Of a stretch of 64,000 nucleotides of DNA, positions 12,586-26,754 are shown piece by piece. A program made the translations under genes and the position numbers. The notes under the pieces were generated by a model, which was not told where the DNA came from, made no database searches, and saw nothing but the letters and a program-made list of their open reading frames with translations. Positions within the stretch are counted from its first letter, which is position 1, and each line of letters opens with the position of its first letter. This DNA is from Rhizophagus irregularis (Eukaryota), in the NCBI RefSeq assembly GCF_026210795.1, contig NC_089431.1, positions 1,736,001 through 1,800,000 on the forward strand, read 5' to 3'.

Positions 12586-14010
12586 TCTATAGTCAATAAT
12601 AAATGTATAATAATAAATGTATAAATTCATAAAAATATGGGGTTGCATCCCATATTGTGGTATAAATGTCTAAATGTGAATTATATAAAAAGTTTTTTAA
12701 TCGATCAGAGAGATTTCACACGATCATATGTGCCGATCAGGGATCCAACGTCTTGATTTTTCGTTTCCCGTATCTATTATTGTTATTAGCATTCTTGAAA
12801 TATATTTTCAATGATTTTTCATCTCAAGACCAACTATATTTATTAATTTGTTTAATTTATTACTTGCCCTTTAGTTCTATCTTTAGATGATAGAAGAGAA
12901 GTTTTGTTAGTAATTCTAATTCAAAATATGATAGTTTTGTGTTGGTGTTTCAATTACAATATATTTAGGAATATCAATTTTGGTTGGCATTTGTATTTTT
13001 ATAAAGTTACTGGATAGAAAGTTATCAGCCGAAAGAAATTGGGCTAAGGAAAGAAGGTTTACTAACGCACAAATGATGAGCGTAGAGAAGGAATTTTTTT
13101 TTTAGAAAAAAAAAACGTAAAATAAGAAATATATATAAATGTATATATATGAGGCAGGGAAACTTTAAATAAGTCGATGAAAGTGCTTAAACTGCTTAAT
13201 GGCGTGACGATAAATCACAGATCTTTTATTTTTTTTTATGTTTTGTGCCTTACTACTTTTAATAATAACATAATAAACCTTTTTTTTAAAAAAAAAAGTA
13301 ATTCCGTGTGACAAGCTTTATTATGTTAAAATTGATGTATTTAATTTTTTTTTGTCCCAACACCATAATCAGAAATTTATTACATTATTATTTATTACAG
13401 TATTAAGTCCGAAGTTGTTATTACATGCTGAACGGACATCTGGACATTCGTATCACATTTGCGTAGAATAATATAGTCCTTCGAGACATTTCGAGCTAAT
13501 AACTGTGATGATTCAAAATATTGATTGAATCTATACTAAAAAAAATACGTGCAACATATATCACGTAATTGCAAATTCTACTATAATTACAGCGCCACAA
13601 TTTGCAGTCTGCAACATTCATGTTCAAGATGAAATTGATATAAAAATTTTAAAATTTATTATATTTTTTTACAATTTACAGTATAATTGTGTTTTTGTTT
13701 GAAAAAAAAAAAAATTCAATAGTAAATCAGAAAACACGATATTATTCAATTTGGCCACGCTAATAGGAGTACATATAAAAAATATATTATCGGTTATGTA
13801 TGTAATGCTAAATTGAATCATACTAGACAAAGAACACGTAATATCATAATATCATAATATACTGTATATATCGTTTTTTTCATTTAAAGAAATTAGTAAC
13901 GGAAATTTTCTTAATTTTTCAATAGAAAAAAAAAAAAAATGTATAAAAGTACGGTGGTTTATTCAATTTAACAATATTATTTACCTATAATTAATTACAC
14001 GATATTCTAA

Positions 14011-15383
14011 TTAATTTCCTGTTTTTGCAGTAACGATTTGATAAGTTTTGTACCCAACATATCTATGAATTTTTGTGCTCTAAAATGTAAAAAGAAAAGA
14101 AAAATAAATAAACATTATAAAATAATATATTAAAGAAAATGAAGGAAATCTTACGGGATGAATATAATCCCAATAAAAATGTTGGCCTGGATCTAAAAAA
14201 AAAACCAAAATTATTACTTAATACTAAAAAAGAAATAAAAATACATTTAATATTTCATAATACTTTTTATATATATACTTACTTGAACACACAGTATAAG
14301 TGGTGGTATTGCCTTTATCTTCGCGCACGACACAAGGATTTTCATAATCAGTTATTCCTAATTCTTTTTTAACGCTAGGTTTTTGAAATTCTTCCCAAAT
14401 TTTATCCATTGGTAAAATATATAATTTAACATTCTTATGTTTCATTCTAAACAACCAAACATAAAAATCTATAGCAGCATTATGAAGTCTTGTTATAAAT
14501 CTAGACAATAAATTTTTAATTACATATTTTAGTCTACCATTTTTTGGAGGTCTCGGTAAATATTTTAGGTTAAAAAATTTATTAATTAAGATATGTTTTG
14601 CTCCAAAATTCGCTAATACTTCCCATTGTTCATATAGATTTCCTACTACTGTCCTTGGATTCACAGATGGTTGATTTAGCTAAAAAATGAAATGAAATTG
14701 TTTAAATTAAATTTTGAAAAAAATATTTTTTTTAAAAATATAAAAAAGAAATTACATAATCGTTCCCCTGATGTGCTACAATATATAATATTCTATCGAA
14801 ATTAGGTTTACTATTATTACTTGCAGTTATTTGTTTTAAATATATATTATTCACTTCTTGCTTTATTCCAGGCACTATTAATTCACTGTGAAAACCGCTT
14901 GTGGCTACAAGGATGATCAATTTCAGTTTTTTAATCAATAACTAAATTCATCATCAACTAATAACTTTTACCTTTAACAAACTGATTATCACTTGTGGCC
15001 CCACCATAAGCGTAATTTATATCTTTTATATGACAAAAATCCGCTAAATATTCAACCCAAGTTGGCCCGTTGCTAAATCTTCCTTTATAAAAATAGTCAC
15101 TTGGAGGATACGTAAAATTAGACAAACGCCACGTGTTTCCATTATCACAAGTGGAGTCACCAAATACCTTGTTCAAAGAATTTAAAGAGTTAAGAGTTAT
15201 TATTACAAGGGTAATATTGTTTCATAATAAATGTTAACTTACGATAATCGTATCGAATGGACAGGGTTTAGTTTCATTAACCGATTGACGTTTGTTAATT
15301 GGCGTTGCTTTAATAATTGCAATTGAAAAGCACAGTAGATAACCGACGTAAAAAATTGAACGAAATAAAATACTCGAAAGCAT
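14011..15383 (-). CDS. Secreted GDSL/SGNH-hydrolase esterase/lipase (CE16-like), multi-exon
   Basis: Hydrophobic N-terminus from ATG 15383; blocks FGDS, GRFSNGPTWVEY, NYAYGGATS, GNDY and the catalytic FYWDYIHP exon (~14155-14192); GT-AG introns; stop at 14011-14013. Confidence 0.9.
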
Positions 15384-18300
15384 TTTTTTTTTTCCCCAGA
15401 AACTTAAAAAAAAATGTATATATTTTTTACAAACTTTCTTAATATATGTATATATATATATACATAAAATACGTAACATAAATATCTGTTTTTGAAATAG
15501 ATTTCATCGCGTCAAAGATTTGATACCGGGATGCTTGTACAATCTTCATTTGTATAAATTTGGTTCGGTGATCAATACTAAGGAATTCAAGTTTTGATGA
15601 CCAAATATGGTTTAGATCATCATATAATATACGTGTAACATAGTAAGGCTTATACGGATAAGCCAAGCCATAATATCATGACCATAGCCATATCTATTCA
15701 AAGCCATTATTTGTGCTTAGTATAAAGTGCTAAACACGTATTATCACCAAATTAAAATTCGTATTTGTCACACATAAGTCAGCATAATAAATTACTACTT
15801 TTATTATTTACAAATTATACTTAATTATGATTCTAACTACTTTTCATTACTGTTTTTTGGTATTACAAATAGTTCATGCGCCGTGAATATTAATTTTTTA
15901 GATTAGATTTCAAATAAAAATTCGTCTCTAATTTACGATTTGGCATATGACTATACAAAACATCAGATTATGAGAACAAATAAAAAACTGCGTGGAAGTG
16001 TGGAACTTGTTTACGGTAATTTTGTGAATTGCCAAATTTTTATTACACAACTAATTTGTTTGGTTACTCGAGTAGCAACTATTCCGTAAATGGAACAAAT
16101 ACGTTTCAAAGGAACTATCCAATTTTATACGCCACCGTCCCTGGTGCTGCACCATGAATAAATTGATAAATACCTGTACCACATAATAATTTTAATTTCT
16201 TAAAATGTAAATAATAAATTAAAATTTCTAAACATTATTTTTTTTACGTCAATTTTCATAGATAGATCTTTTGTAGAGATTACTTTATAGGCGTAAAATT
16301 GGATTATCAGCAAGAAATAATTGAACTTGGTTATTTTCAATAATTTTCTTTTAAGGGTAAGGCTTGCGTACAAACTTGGATATTCTTTTCCCAATTTCAA
16401 ATAAAAAAAAAAATCCAATACATAATAAATAAAATATATATACTTTAAAAATTTATTATATGTAACGAGTATCTTTCTAATTCAAATATATTAGTTAATA
16501 CATCATAATAAAATGTAATGAAAACCTATTAAAGTTATAAAAATAGTCAATTTAACGATATTATTTCTTTTTTTAATTTTTTTCTGTATAAATTTGGTTT
16601 AATTAATATGAAACGGTTAAGATTTATGCTTACCACAAAAAAGTCATGTACTTACCATAAAATAAGAACAAACAAGACTATACAAATCACCCATTGAGGC
16701 TGCAAAATACAGATGTACCAATACTGTTGTTTTGGGGAAAAATGTCGTTATACCAAATTATCGGTTATTAGTAGGCCATAATGTGGGCCAGATTTAATTT
16801 GTGCTACGCCAAAATCTACAGTAATTCTGACCGAAATTAATATGGCGCAAAATTCAATAAAAACTTATCACGTGTGTATCCAATAATATATAAGGCAGAT
16901 TCGTGCCAATTATTGCTGGGTCGTAATAAATAAAAGTATGATTGCCAGCACTTTAATTTACTTTTTAAAATTTTTAATTATTATTTACTTGTTTTAAACG
17001 CCCTTACAGCGCGTATAATTTTCTATATTAATGAAATATTTATACAAATAAAGAATTGGAAATTGAAATAAGATATTTATTCTCATATTTTACATCAATT
17101 TTTTGTAATATCAAATTCTTACCAAATTTTCGTTCCGAATCATAAGGACTTTTTGGTAGGATTTTGCAATTCCTTAATATTATTTCCAATTCTAGGTTTT
17201 GATTTTCAGAAACGTCAGTATTTTCTTGTTCATCCAGTTAATTGATCAAAGTAATTCGAAATATACAACGGTAAATTCTTTTAAGCTCCTTAATTGCGTT
17301 AACAGGTGTAATACCATTAGACCAAGTTCCATTTCCTATAACTTAAATGTTTAATTCTGACTAAATTATAATATCGGCCGAAATTAAGCCAATGGGTTTA
17401 ATTATTTTCATTATCTTTTTTGCTAACATCACGCCTAATTTATTGATTTTATTTTGTATTACATGTTGTATAATTGGCAAATCACTAAGCCACTTTTTTT
17501 CTTAATTTTTTAGAATATTATCGAGGTTACACGTGTTAAACTATACTCGGTCAAGGTTCGAGTCACGATAATATGAGGCCCGAATAAATTACGAGTCTTT
17601 GCATTTTCATTCAGTTTCTTATTTCATTATACTAACTTTCTTTTTTTCTTTAATTTCTTTGTATTCTTTTTTTGTTTTGTTATTTTGTTTTGTTTTTTGT
17701 TTGTTATATTAATTTCTCTTTTTTTTCCTTGAGTTTCAGCTTTTGGTTTCTTGGAGTCTTGGGCGTTGAAAATAATTTATTTTGCTTCGGTCTCGGTAAA
17801 AGAACAAGTATGAAGGTTTATTTAAAACTTTAATTTTCCTGAAAAGAAATGATGATTTAGTGTTTAATAATAGTACAGTACAAAGAATTAATGTTAAAAT
17901 ATAGTATAACATTTGATTTGTAATAATAATAAATAAAGGATTAAAATTTAAAAGAAATAAAAATTAAAAAAGTAAAAATAAGATTATAATTTATCATTTA
18001 CATATTATCAGTTATTTTTATTAATTAAAATAGTAACTAATCCTAAGATAATCCGGATTATTCTAGGATAATTATTTGTAGATAATCTGGATCCTTAAAT
18101 TAACCATTAGATAATCGATGAAAAGCTCTAGATTTTAAGGAATAAATCAAGGAAGAATGATGGGAATGAACTTTTGTATGAATTTGCATATTTGATTTTT
18201 TCTTTTCTTTTATTTTTTTTTTGCTTAAACGAAATTTTCATGCGATGCTTAGCTGCGCAATTTAGAATTTACGTTATCTTGTGTATTTTATGAATAAAAA

Positions 18301-19763
18301 GTATATCTGTATTGTTTAATTCTCTTAAATACAATAATGCTATCAAATAAATAAATATATATAAAATAAATTGGATAGGTTATAATTTGGATTTTATTAC
18401 CACTATGACATATAAACTACTATTATACTATTAGGGCTGGCTGTAAGTAAGGCTTAAAGCGTTTATTTATATAACATAAAAGTTATCTTTATGCTTGTAT
18501 TTATTCATTGAAATTATCCATTTGTTCTGTTAAAACTTTAAATAAAATACTTTAGTTTTTTTATGATCCTATTGAAATGAACAGAGAATTATAAACTTAC
18601 TACATAAATCGTCTAAATTTTTATCTTGCGAATCTAAACCAATTTCTACAGATAATTTATTATGTAACTTTATTAGTATAAGATACAAATAAACGGGCTC
18701 TCATTAAGAATTATGTAAATATATACCTTTAATTGATTCAATTCCAATATTCATTCTTTTAAATTCATTCAATATTTCATAGATAACTGGTCTTTGTCCG
18801 GGCTCTTTATTCCAGCAATTTTTATAAAGATTTTCATATTCAATTGGTGTACCAGGAATTGTAATTTCACGAGTACCATTATTAATGGTAAAACCAAGTG
18901 AAACTTTATCATCACTATCTTTAAATGGAGGATACCCACTAGAAATTTCCCACATTAATACACCAAAACTATATATATCTGATATGGGAAATTTTGATCA
19001 AAAATACGCTTTGGTTCCATATAAGGAATAACACCAAAATGTCCCATATAAACTGTTGAATTTTGATCATTTTGAATTTTTGAAATACCAAAATCTGTAA
19101 TTTTAGCATTATTTTCATGGATAACTATATTCTTAGAGTGCTAAAAATATATATAACATTATAAGTACTAATTAACAATTTGTATTATGATAAATAGTAG
19201 GTAATACTTACAAGATCTCTATGTAAAACATCCTCATTATGTAAATAGTTTAGTCCATCCGCAATTTGAAATGCTAATTTTTTCTTATCATCCCAAGTCA
19301 AATTTTTGAAATTAGTTTTAAGATAGTTTTGTAAATCACCACCATCAGCGTATTGCATTATGAGAAGATACTTATTTGTAGTTGGATCTAAAAGAAGAAT
19401 CTTATTAAGCAATTAAGTATTATCATAATAATCAAAAAAAATTACATTACCTATACTAATGCCTAGACAGTGTATAATCCTATCACTATAACCAAGTTGT
19501 AAATGCATTTTTAGTTCATGAATGAATGCATCTAATATATCATGTTTTATATTAATTGTATTGGTTAGTTTTTTACAGATAACATAATCATGTATTTTTG
19601 TCCAAATTGCTTTTGTGATAATTCCAAATCCTCCTTCATTAACAAATTCTGCACTTTCTAAATCATTATAAGGTATAAATTTAACTTGTTTATATTTTAA
19701 GGCATTTTTGATCCATTTAGTTGCATTAGTTGCTTTAATATAATTTTCAATACCGGTTTCATA

Positions 19764-19838
19764 CACAGGTTGAAAAGTGAAAAATCAGGCACCAATCGGT
19801 GACTGATTGATGCCTGATTTTTCACTTTTCGACCTGTG
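19764..19838. mobile_element. 75-bp CACAG...CTGTG hairpin mini-transposon (CACTA-like)
   Basis: 28-bp near-perfect TIR, 3-bp TSD ata; removing it restores C-N-L-Y-E-T-G. Confidence 0.9.
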
Positions 19839-22605
19839 ATACAAATTACAATGTATGATATTATTTTCACTTTCTATTGCTTTTTGATACCAATAAAAAG
19901 ATTTAATTTCATTTTTTTCAATTCCAATTCCATTTCCATAGAAAAAACTTAGTTTACTCTGTGCATTACTGAACCCTTGTTCAGCTGATTTTTTAACCCA
20001 TTCAAATGCTTTAATAATATCCTTTTCAGTGCCAATTCCATTATCATAACATAATCCTAAATTATATTGTGCAATGTTATTTTCATTTTCTGCTGCTTTT
20101 TTATACCAATAGAAAGCTTCAATTTCATCTTTTTCAGTTCCAATTTCTTTTTCATAGAAAGTACCAAGTTTATTTTGTGCATTACTATATCCTTGTTCAG
20201 CAGATTTTTTAACCCATTTAAATACCTTAGTTTCATCTTTTTCAATGCCAATTCCATTTTTATAATATATACCTAAGTTATATTGTGCAACTTTATAACC
20301 ATTTATTGCTGCTTTTTGGTACCAATAAAAAGCTTTAGACTCATCTTTTTCAATACCAGTACCATTTTCATAAAAAATGCCAAGTTCATTTTGTGCACTA
20401 CTATATTCTTGTTCAGCCGATTTTTTAATCCATTCAAATGCTTTCACATTATCATTTTTAGTGCCAATTCCCTCTTTATAACACAAACCTAAATTATGTT
20501 GTGCAATTCTAGTATTTTCATTTTCTGCAGCTTTGAGATACATAATGAAAGCATCTTTTGTTATACCAATTCCATCTTTAAGTTTTTTTTGTGCCTTACC
20601 ATATCCTTGTTCAGCTGATTTCTTAAACCAGTCAAATGCTTTAACATCATCTTTTTCAATGCCAATTCCATATTTATAGCATAGGCCTAAATTATACTGT
20701 GCAAGCTTATAACCCATTTTTGCTGATTTTTGATACCAATAAAAAGCTTTAACTTCATCTACTACTACAACAATTCCATACTTATAAAATGAGCCAAGTT
20801 TATTCTGTGCATTACAGCATTCTTGTTTTGCAGATTTTTTATACCAATTAAATGCTTTACTTTCATTTTTTTCAACACCAATTCCATTTTCATAACATAA
20901 TCCTAAATTATATTGTGCAAATTCATTTCCATTTTTTGCTGATTTTTTATACCAATAAAAAGCTTTTTCTATGATATCTTCACTTTCTCCGTTATTTTCA
21001 TAGATAAATCCAAGTTTATTTTGTGCAGTACTATATTCCTTTTCAGCAGATTTTTTAATCCATTCAAATGCTTTAATATTATCTTTTTCAGTGCCAATTC
21101 CCTTTTCATAGCATAAACCTAAATTATATTGTGCAAATTCATTTTCATTTTCTGCTGCTTTTTGATACCAATAAAAAGCTTTATGTTCATCTTTTTCAAT
21201 TCCATTTTCATAAAAAATTCCAAGCTCATTTTGTGCATTACTATCCTCTTGTATAGCTGATTTATGAAAATATTCAATTGCCTTGATTTCATTTTTTTCA
21301 ACGCCAATACCGTTTTTATAACATAAACCTAACTTATATTTTGCATGTTTATTTTCATTATTTGCTGCCTTTTGATACCAATAAAAAGCTTTAGCTTCAT
21401 CTTTTTCAATACCAGTGCCATTTTCATAGAAAAGACCAAGTTTATTTTGAGCACAACTATATTCTTGATCAGCTGATTTTTTAATCCATTTAAATGCTTT
21501 AATGTTATTTTTTTCAATACCAATTCCTTTTTTATAACATAATCCTAAATTATATTGTGCAATTTTATAACCATTTTTCGCTGCTTTTTGATACCAATAA
21601 AAAGCTTTAGACTCATCTTTTTCTATATCAGTACCATTTTCATAAGAAATACCAAGTTTATTTTGTGCCTTACAATAATCTTGCTTAGCTGATTTTTTAA
21701 TCCATTCAAATGCTTTAATTTTATCTTTTTCAACACCAATTCCTTTTTCATAACACATACCTAAATTATATTGTGCATTTTTGTCTCCATCTTCTGCTTT
21801 TTCTTGGCACCAATATACTTTATAAATACCAGTTTCATAAAAATGGGTTAGCTTATCTAATGCTTTATTATATCCTTTCTCAGCTGATTTTTGATCCATT
21901 CAAATGCTTTGAGATTATTTCTTTTAATGCCAATTCCATTTTTATAATATAAACCTAAATTACATTGTGCATTTTCATCTCCATTTATGGCTGCATTTTG
22001 ATACCAATTAAATGCTTTACTTCCCTATGAAAACACAATTTCCATAAAATGTATGTAAAAAAATGTTATTTGACCATATATTATTCGAAAAATCATTATT
22101 TGTTTATAATTTAAACATAATTTTATTTGATATAATATTAAATGTTCGTAAGTTGCATTGTAAACATAAACAAGCATTAACTTAACATACAAATAATGTT
22201 CAAATAACATGTTTAAACATGCAATCATTACATAATAAGGTCAATTTCGTATAGTAAATTCCTATTGTAAAATTTATGACTTTTATTATTTCCTTTTATA
22301 TTGTCATTTTTTGACAGGTTTGCTTGAATTATTATCTTTTCCAACATTTGTCTTTTTACAAGATGATCTACGAAGTACAAAAATTTCGGTCATGTGACTT
22401 TGGCTTCGAAGTATAGCCGGCAATGATTATCACGTGTATATGTGATAATCTTTTTAAAACTTTTTTTTATTTAATTGATACGGGTTTTAGATAAAGTTTC
22501 ATTTCGCTTCGAAACTTTAAAAAAATGTTTTTAAAGCTTTCGCTTTGAAACTTCTAAATTAAAAAAGAAATATTTTTTATTTTTTATTTTTTTTTCCTTT
22601 TATTT

Positions 22606-23570
22606 GTTTCAGCTTCAGTTCTTGGTATTAGATAGGTGAGTTTCGAATAACACTTAATTGGAAACTTTGTAATTTTTTTTAAAAAAAATAATTTTAGTTT
22701 TTTTTCTATTTCGTAAGTCGTAAGTTTCGGCTTTGGTTCTTAGACTTTGGATAGGTGAGTTTCGAAGATTTTGCTCAAAACTTTTTTATTAAAAAAAAAT
22801 TTATTTATTTTTCTTTTTTTATTTTGTAGGTTTTAGCGGTTCTTGAGTGTTGGATAGGTGAGTTTCATTTCGAATAACACTTCGAAACATTTTTTTTTTA
22901 AAAAAAATAATTTAATTAATTAATTTTTTTTTCTATTTTGTAGGTTTCATCTCTGGTTCTTGGACATTGGATAGGTGAGTTTCGTTTTGAATAACACTCA
23001 AAACTATTTTTTTTTAAAAAAATAATTTAATTAATCTTTTTTTCTATTTTTGTAGGTTTGGCTCCAGTTTTTGGCGTTAGATAGGTGAGTTTCGAATGAT
23101 TTTTTTTTATTTTGTAGGTTTTCGCTTCAGTTCTTGGGTATTGGATAGGTGAATTTTATTTCAAACAACACTTTGAAACTTTATTTTTTTTTTAAAAAAA
23201 AATAATTTAATTTATCAATTTTTTTCTATTTTGTAGGTTTTAGCTCTGGTTCTTGGGCATTGGATAGGTGAGTTTCGTTTCAAATAAACCCTTCGAAACT
23301 ATTTTTTTAAAAAAAAATAATTTAATTAATTAATCTTTTTTTTCTATTTTGTAGGTTTTGGCTCCAGTTCTTGGTGTTAGATAGGTGAGTTTCGAATAAC
23401 ACTTTGAAACTTTATTATTTTTAAAAAAAAAAATTTAATAAATTTTTTTTTTCTATTTTGTAGATTTTGCTTCAGTTCTTGGGTGTTGGATAGGTAAGTT
23501 TCGTTTTGAACAACACTTCGAAACTATTTTATTATAAAAAAATTTAATTTATTAATTTTTTTATGGACAG
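22606..23570 (+). repeat. Tandem array of 9 micro-exon/intron-like units
   Basis: Nine 28-31-nt units ending GATAG, each followed by GTGAGT, GTAAGT or GTGAAT and mostly preceded by ttctattttgtAG. Confidence 0.85.
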
Positions 23571-23729
23571 GTTGAATATCATCTTGCTTACGAACTTGAT
23601 AAAGTAACTTATATGTTGGGAGTGCATGAATTCATTGATGCATTTGCTATAGACCATCGTGTAGATTAAAACGTGATAGATAAGGATGTAGATTATACGG
23701 ATGATGAATAATAGAATGGGTTATATATA

Positions 23730-23925
23730 CAGTCAAAGCTCGTTATAGTGAATCTCGTTATAGTGAACATTAAGTAAAATCGCGTTATAGTGACCTGTTG
23801 ATTTTTTTTCCTTATAATTAATTTCTCTCGATATAGTGAATTTTCTTAATAAATCTCGTTATAGTGAAAAAAAGGGAAAAAATTACATAGTGGAACGGAA
23901 AGTTCACTATAACGAGCTTTGACTG
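23730..23925. mobile_element. Tc1/mariner (pogo-type) MITE
   Basis: TIR cagtcaaagctcgttatagtgaa, TA TSD. Confidence 0.9.
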
Positions 23926-24462
23926 TATACTACTAGTGATTAGTACATTTAATAAGCAAATAATTTACATTTAGATTACAAACATAAAACGGATGGGCTC
24001 ATTTTTCCGTATATTTAACATTTAAAATACATATATAAAATGGTTAATTACTAGACATCTATATAACCGTTATTTATCAATTATTTACTATTACATTTTA
24101 CGGACAATTAATTTTTATAGGGCTTTCAACTTTTTCAACGCCAGTTCCATTTTCATAGCACAAACCTAAATGATATTGAGCATATTCATTTCCATTTTCT
24201 GCTGCTTTTTGATACCAATAAAAAGCTTTATGTTCATCTTTTTCAATACCAATTCCATTTTCATAACATAAACCTAAATTATATTGTGCATATTTATTTT
24301 CATTTTCTGCTGCCTTCTGATACCAGTAAAAAGCTTTAATCTCATCTTTTCCAATGTCAATACCATTTTCATAAAAAAGTCCAAGTTTATTTTGTGCGCC
24401 ACTATGTTCTTTTTCCGCTGATTTTTCAAAGAATTCAATTGCTTTAGTAATATCTTTTTTGG

Positions 24463-24932
24463 GGGACCCGTTCACATTACTGACAATTATATTACCGACA
24501 ATCATTTTACCGACACTCATATTACCGACAATCATTTTACTGACAGGTACACTTTACCGACACTCATTTTACCGACACCCATTTTACCATCAACACTTAC
24601 AGTATTTATTACTATTTCACTACCCACTTCAGTTATGAAAATTAAAATACATATTTAATATAAAAGAATTTACCATAATATATAAAATAAAAAATTGATT
24701 AATATATAACAAAATGTAAAATACTATGATATTTATATACTGTATAATAAAATAACTTGAAATTTTATCAATTTTATTTTTTAAAAAATTTATTTCAGCT
24801 TCATAATATATTGTACTTGGAATTGTTCTTAATAATTTTCTATATTTAGTTTATATAATTTGCTTTTTTTGTAACTTAAAAATAATTATTATTTTGTCGG
24901 TAAAATGATTGTCGGTAATGTGAACCAGACCC
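24463..24932. mobile_element. Mutator-type MITE
   Basis: TIR ggg..gttcacattac(t/c)gacaat; 9-bp TSD cttttttgg; removal restores G-I-G-T-K-K-D-I. Confidence 0.9.
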
Positions 24933-25290
24933 CTTTTTTGGTACCAATTCCACTTTTATAGCATAAGCCTAAATTATATTGTGCATCTCTATCTCCATTT
25001 TCTGCTGCTTCTTGATACCAATTAAAAGCTTTAATGTTGTCCTTTTCCATGATAGAAAATTTTTACTATCCGTCGAAGAAGAATTTCTGTATCTGTAAAT
25101 ATAATATATTTTGTAAATGTTGTGTTACATTGCAGTAATGGTAATTTATATAAATAGACGTAGTTAAAAGAGATTAGCGCTCTAAGAAAGACATTCAACA
25201 CACAAAATTGTCACGATGTTACACAATTTAAATTATGCATATAAAGATTTCGAAAATTTTGACCCACACATTAATCAGGTAGTAGGATAA

Positions 25291-25827
25291 TCAGTACGGT
25301 ACGAAATTGCAAACCTGTACGGTACGGTTGATCACCCATACAAAATTACAAAATTTGATTAACATGACCGTTCCATACCGTACTGGCACTATAATAAAGA
25401 GAAAATCAGTACGGTACATTTAGCATATAATTAATTGACACCAGTGTCCATTTTCCTAATTTTGACACCAATGTCCAAAATGTACATTTTTGTAATTTGG
25501 ACACCAATGTCCAAAATGTTTATTTTTGTAATTTGGACACCAATGTCCAAAATGTTTATTTTTGTAATTTGGATACCAATGTCCAAAATGTTCATTTAAA
25601 ACAATAACCGTACCGTACTGTACTGGTTCTATATATAGAGAGATTATTATAGAGCCAGTACGGTACGGTACAGTTGGTTAAATTTTATGGTTGATCATTT
25701 CGTACTGTACTGTACTGGTTCTATAATAATCTCTTTATATATAGAACCAGTACGGTACGGTACGAAATGATTATCACAAAAATTGATCAACTGTACCGTA
25801 CAGGTTTGCAAATTCGTACTGTACTGG
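25291..25827. mobile_element. Foldback MITE with internal ~36-bp tandem repeat
   Basis: TIR cagtacggtacgaaattgcaaacctgtacggtac; ataa on both flanks; internal repeats of ttggacaccaatgtccaaaatgtttatttttgtaat. Confidence 0.8.
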
Positions 25828-26046
25828 ATAAATATATATTCTAATCAATCAAAATTCACAGGAACCAATCAATGATCGAACATGATAGATTATTTTTATT
25901 TTTATTAAACAGTAATAGTTAGTAAAATACAAGAATTTATAAACAAAGCAAAAATGTATAAGTAAATAAAAAAAATGAACTAAACTAAAAGAAGAGAAAA
26001 TCTACTTCGACGGTGGAGTAGTTAAATTAAAACTATTTCCATAACT

Positions 26047-26754
26047 TTTTTTTTTTTTAAATAGTAACGCCTTTTATTAATTATTTAAATTTGATACAAA
26101 TTACATAATTAACTATTAAAACACTTAGGGCTTTTCGAAAATAATTTCTCAAAACCCTATAACTAAGTGATATTTAGAACAATTTATCTAAAAACTAAAA
26201 ACTATCGTAAAAATGTATCTAATCTAAAAAATTATACATTTTGACTGTATTATCCCAAGTATTACTAATATTAATTCCGTCCGTAATTGATCCTTTTAAT
26301 TTATCTAGCGTTACTAAATTAATTTTTGTGTTAATTTCTTTTTATTTATTTTTTCTAAATTTTTTTCTATTTTTTTCTTTTTTATAATTTTATTTTCTCC
26401 GTCTTTCTCCTTTTCTGAATCTTCTATTACCATTTCACTTTTCTTCCTAAGATCTAATTTTTTTATGTTTGCTCTATCTTCTGATCTCTTTATTTCGTCA
26501 CAGCATGGAATCCAAATTCTCTGTTTTAGTTCTTCGTAAGTGAAATTCCAAAGTCTTTTTATTAAAGCTTTTTCTTCTTTCTTTTTCGTTAAGCTATTGA
26601 AATTTTCGTTATATATTCCTCTCAATAGCTCCCAAATTCTACTTTTACCCAGCAGAATTAATGATGGACTCTCTAGAATTCTAATAAATTCAAAATTATA
26701 AGTTTTTAATATTTCTATTTCATTGTTTTGATTAAGATCTTTTAGCTTTTTTCC
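26047..26754 (-). mobile_element. 5'-truncated LINE (non-LTR retrotransposon)
   Basis: Poly(T) on + at 26046-26058; 12-bp TSD atttccataact (26035-26046, 26755-26766); carries an ORF2-like C-terminal fragment (IWELLRG...RIWIPCCDEI). Confidence 0.85.

Larger units (their letters stand above)
22023..24122. mobile_element. Non-autonomous CACTA/CMC-like element inserted in SEL1 repeats
   Basis: Ends ccctatgaaaa / ttttataggg; 3-bp TSD ctt; removal restores V-E-S-K-A. Confidence 0.85.
18501..25050 (-). pseudogene. SEL1-repeat + C-terminal TKL kinase paralog 1, disrupted
   Basis: 36-aa SEL1 repeats (AQYNLGLCYENGIG..KD..KAFYWYQKAA), then a kinase (GGFG, HRDL, DFG). Broken by insertions at 19764, 22023 and 24463, a 1-nt frameshift near 21890 and a deletion near 18983. 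Confidence 0.9.

Noticed and set aside
22606..23570. CRISPR array
   Set aside because: Eukaryotic context, the spacers are homologous to each other, the repeats are degenerate and there are no cas genes
24098..24535. Independent 145-aa SEL1 gene
   Set aside because: It is a fragment of paralog 1 between two insertions; its N-terminus is read from the MITE TIR
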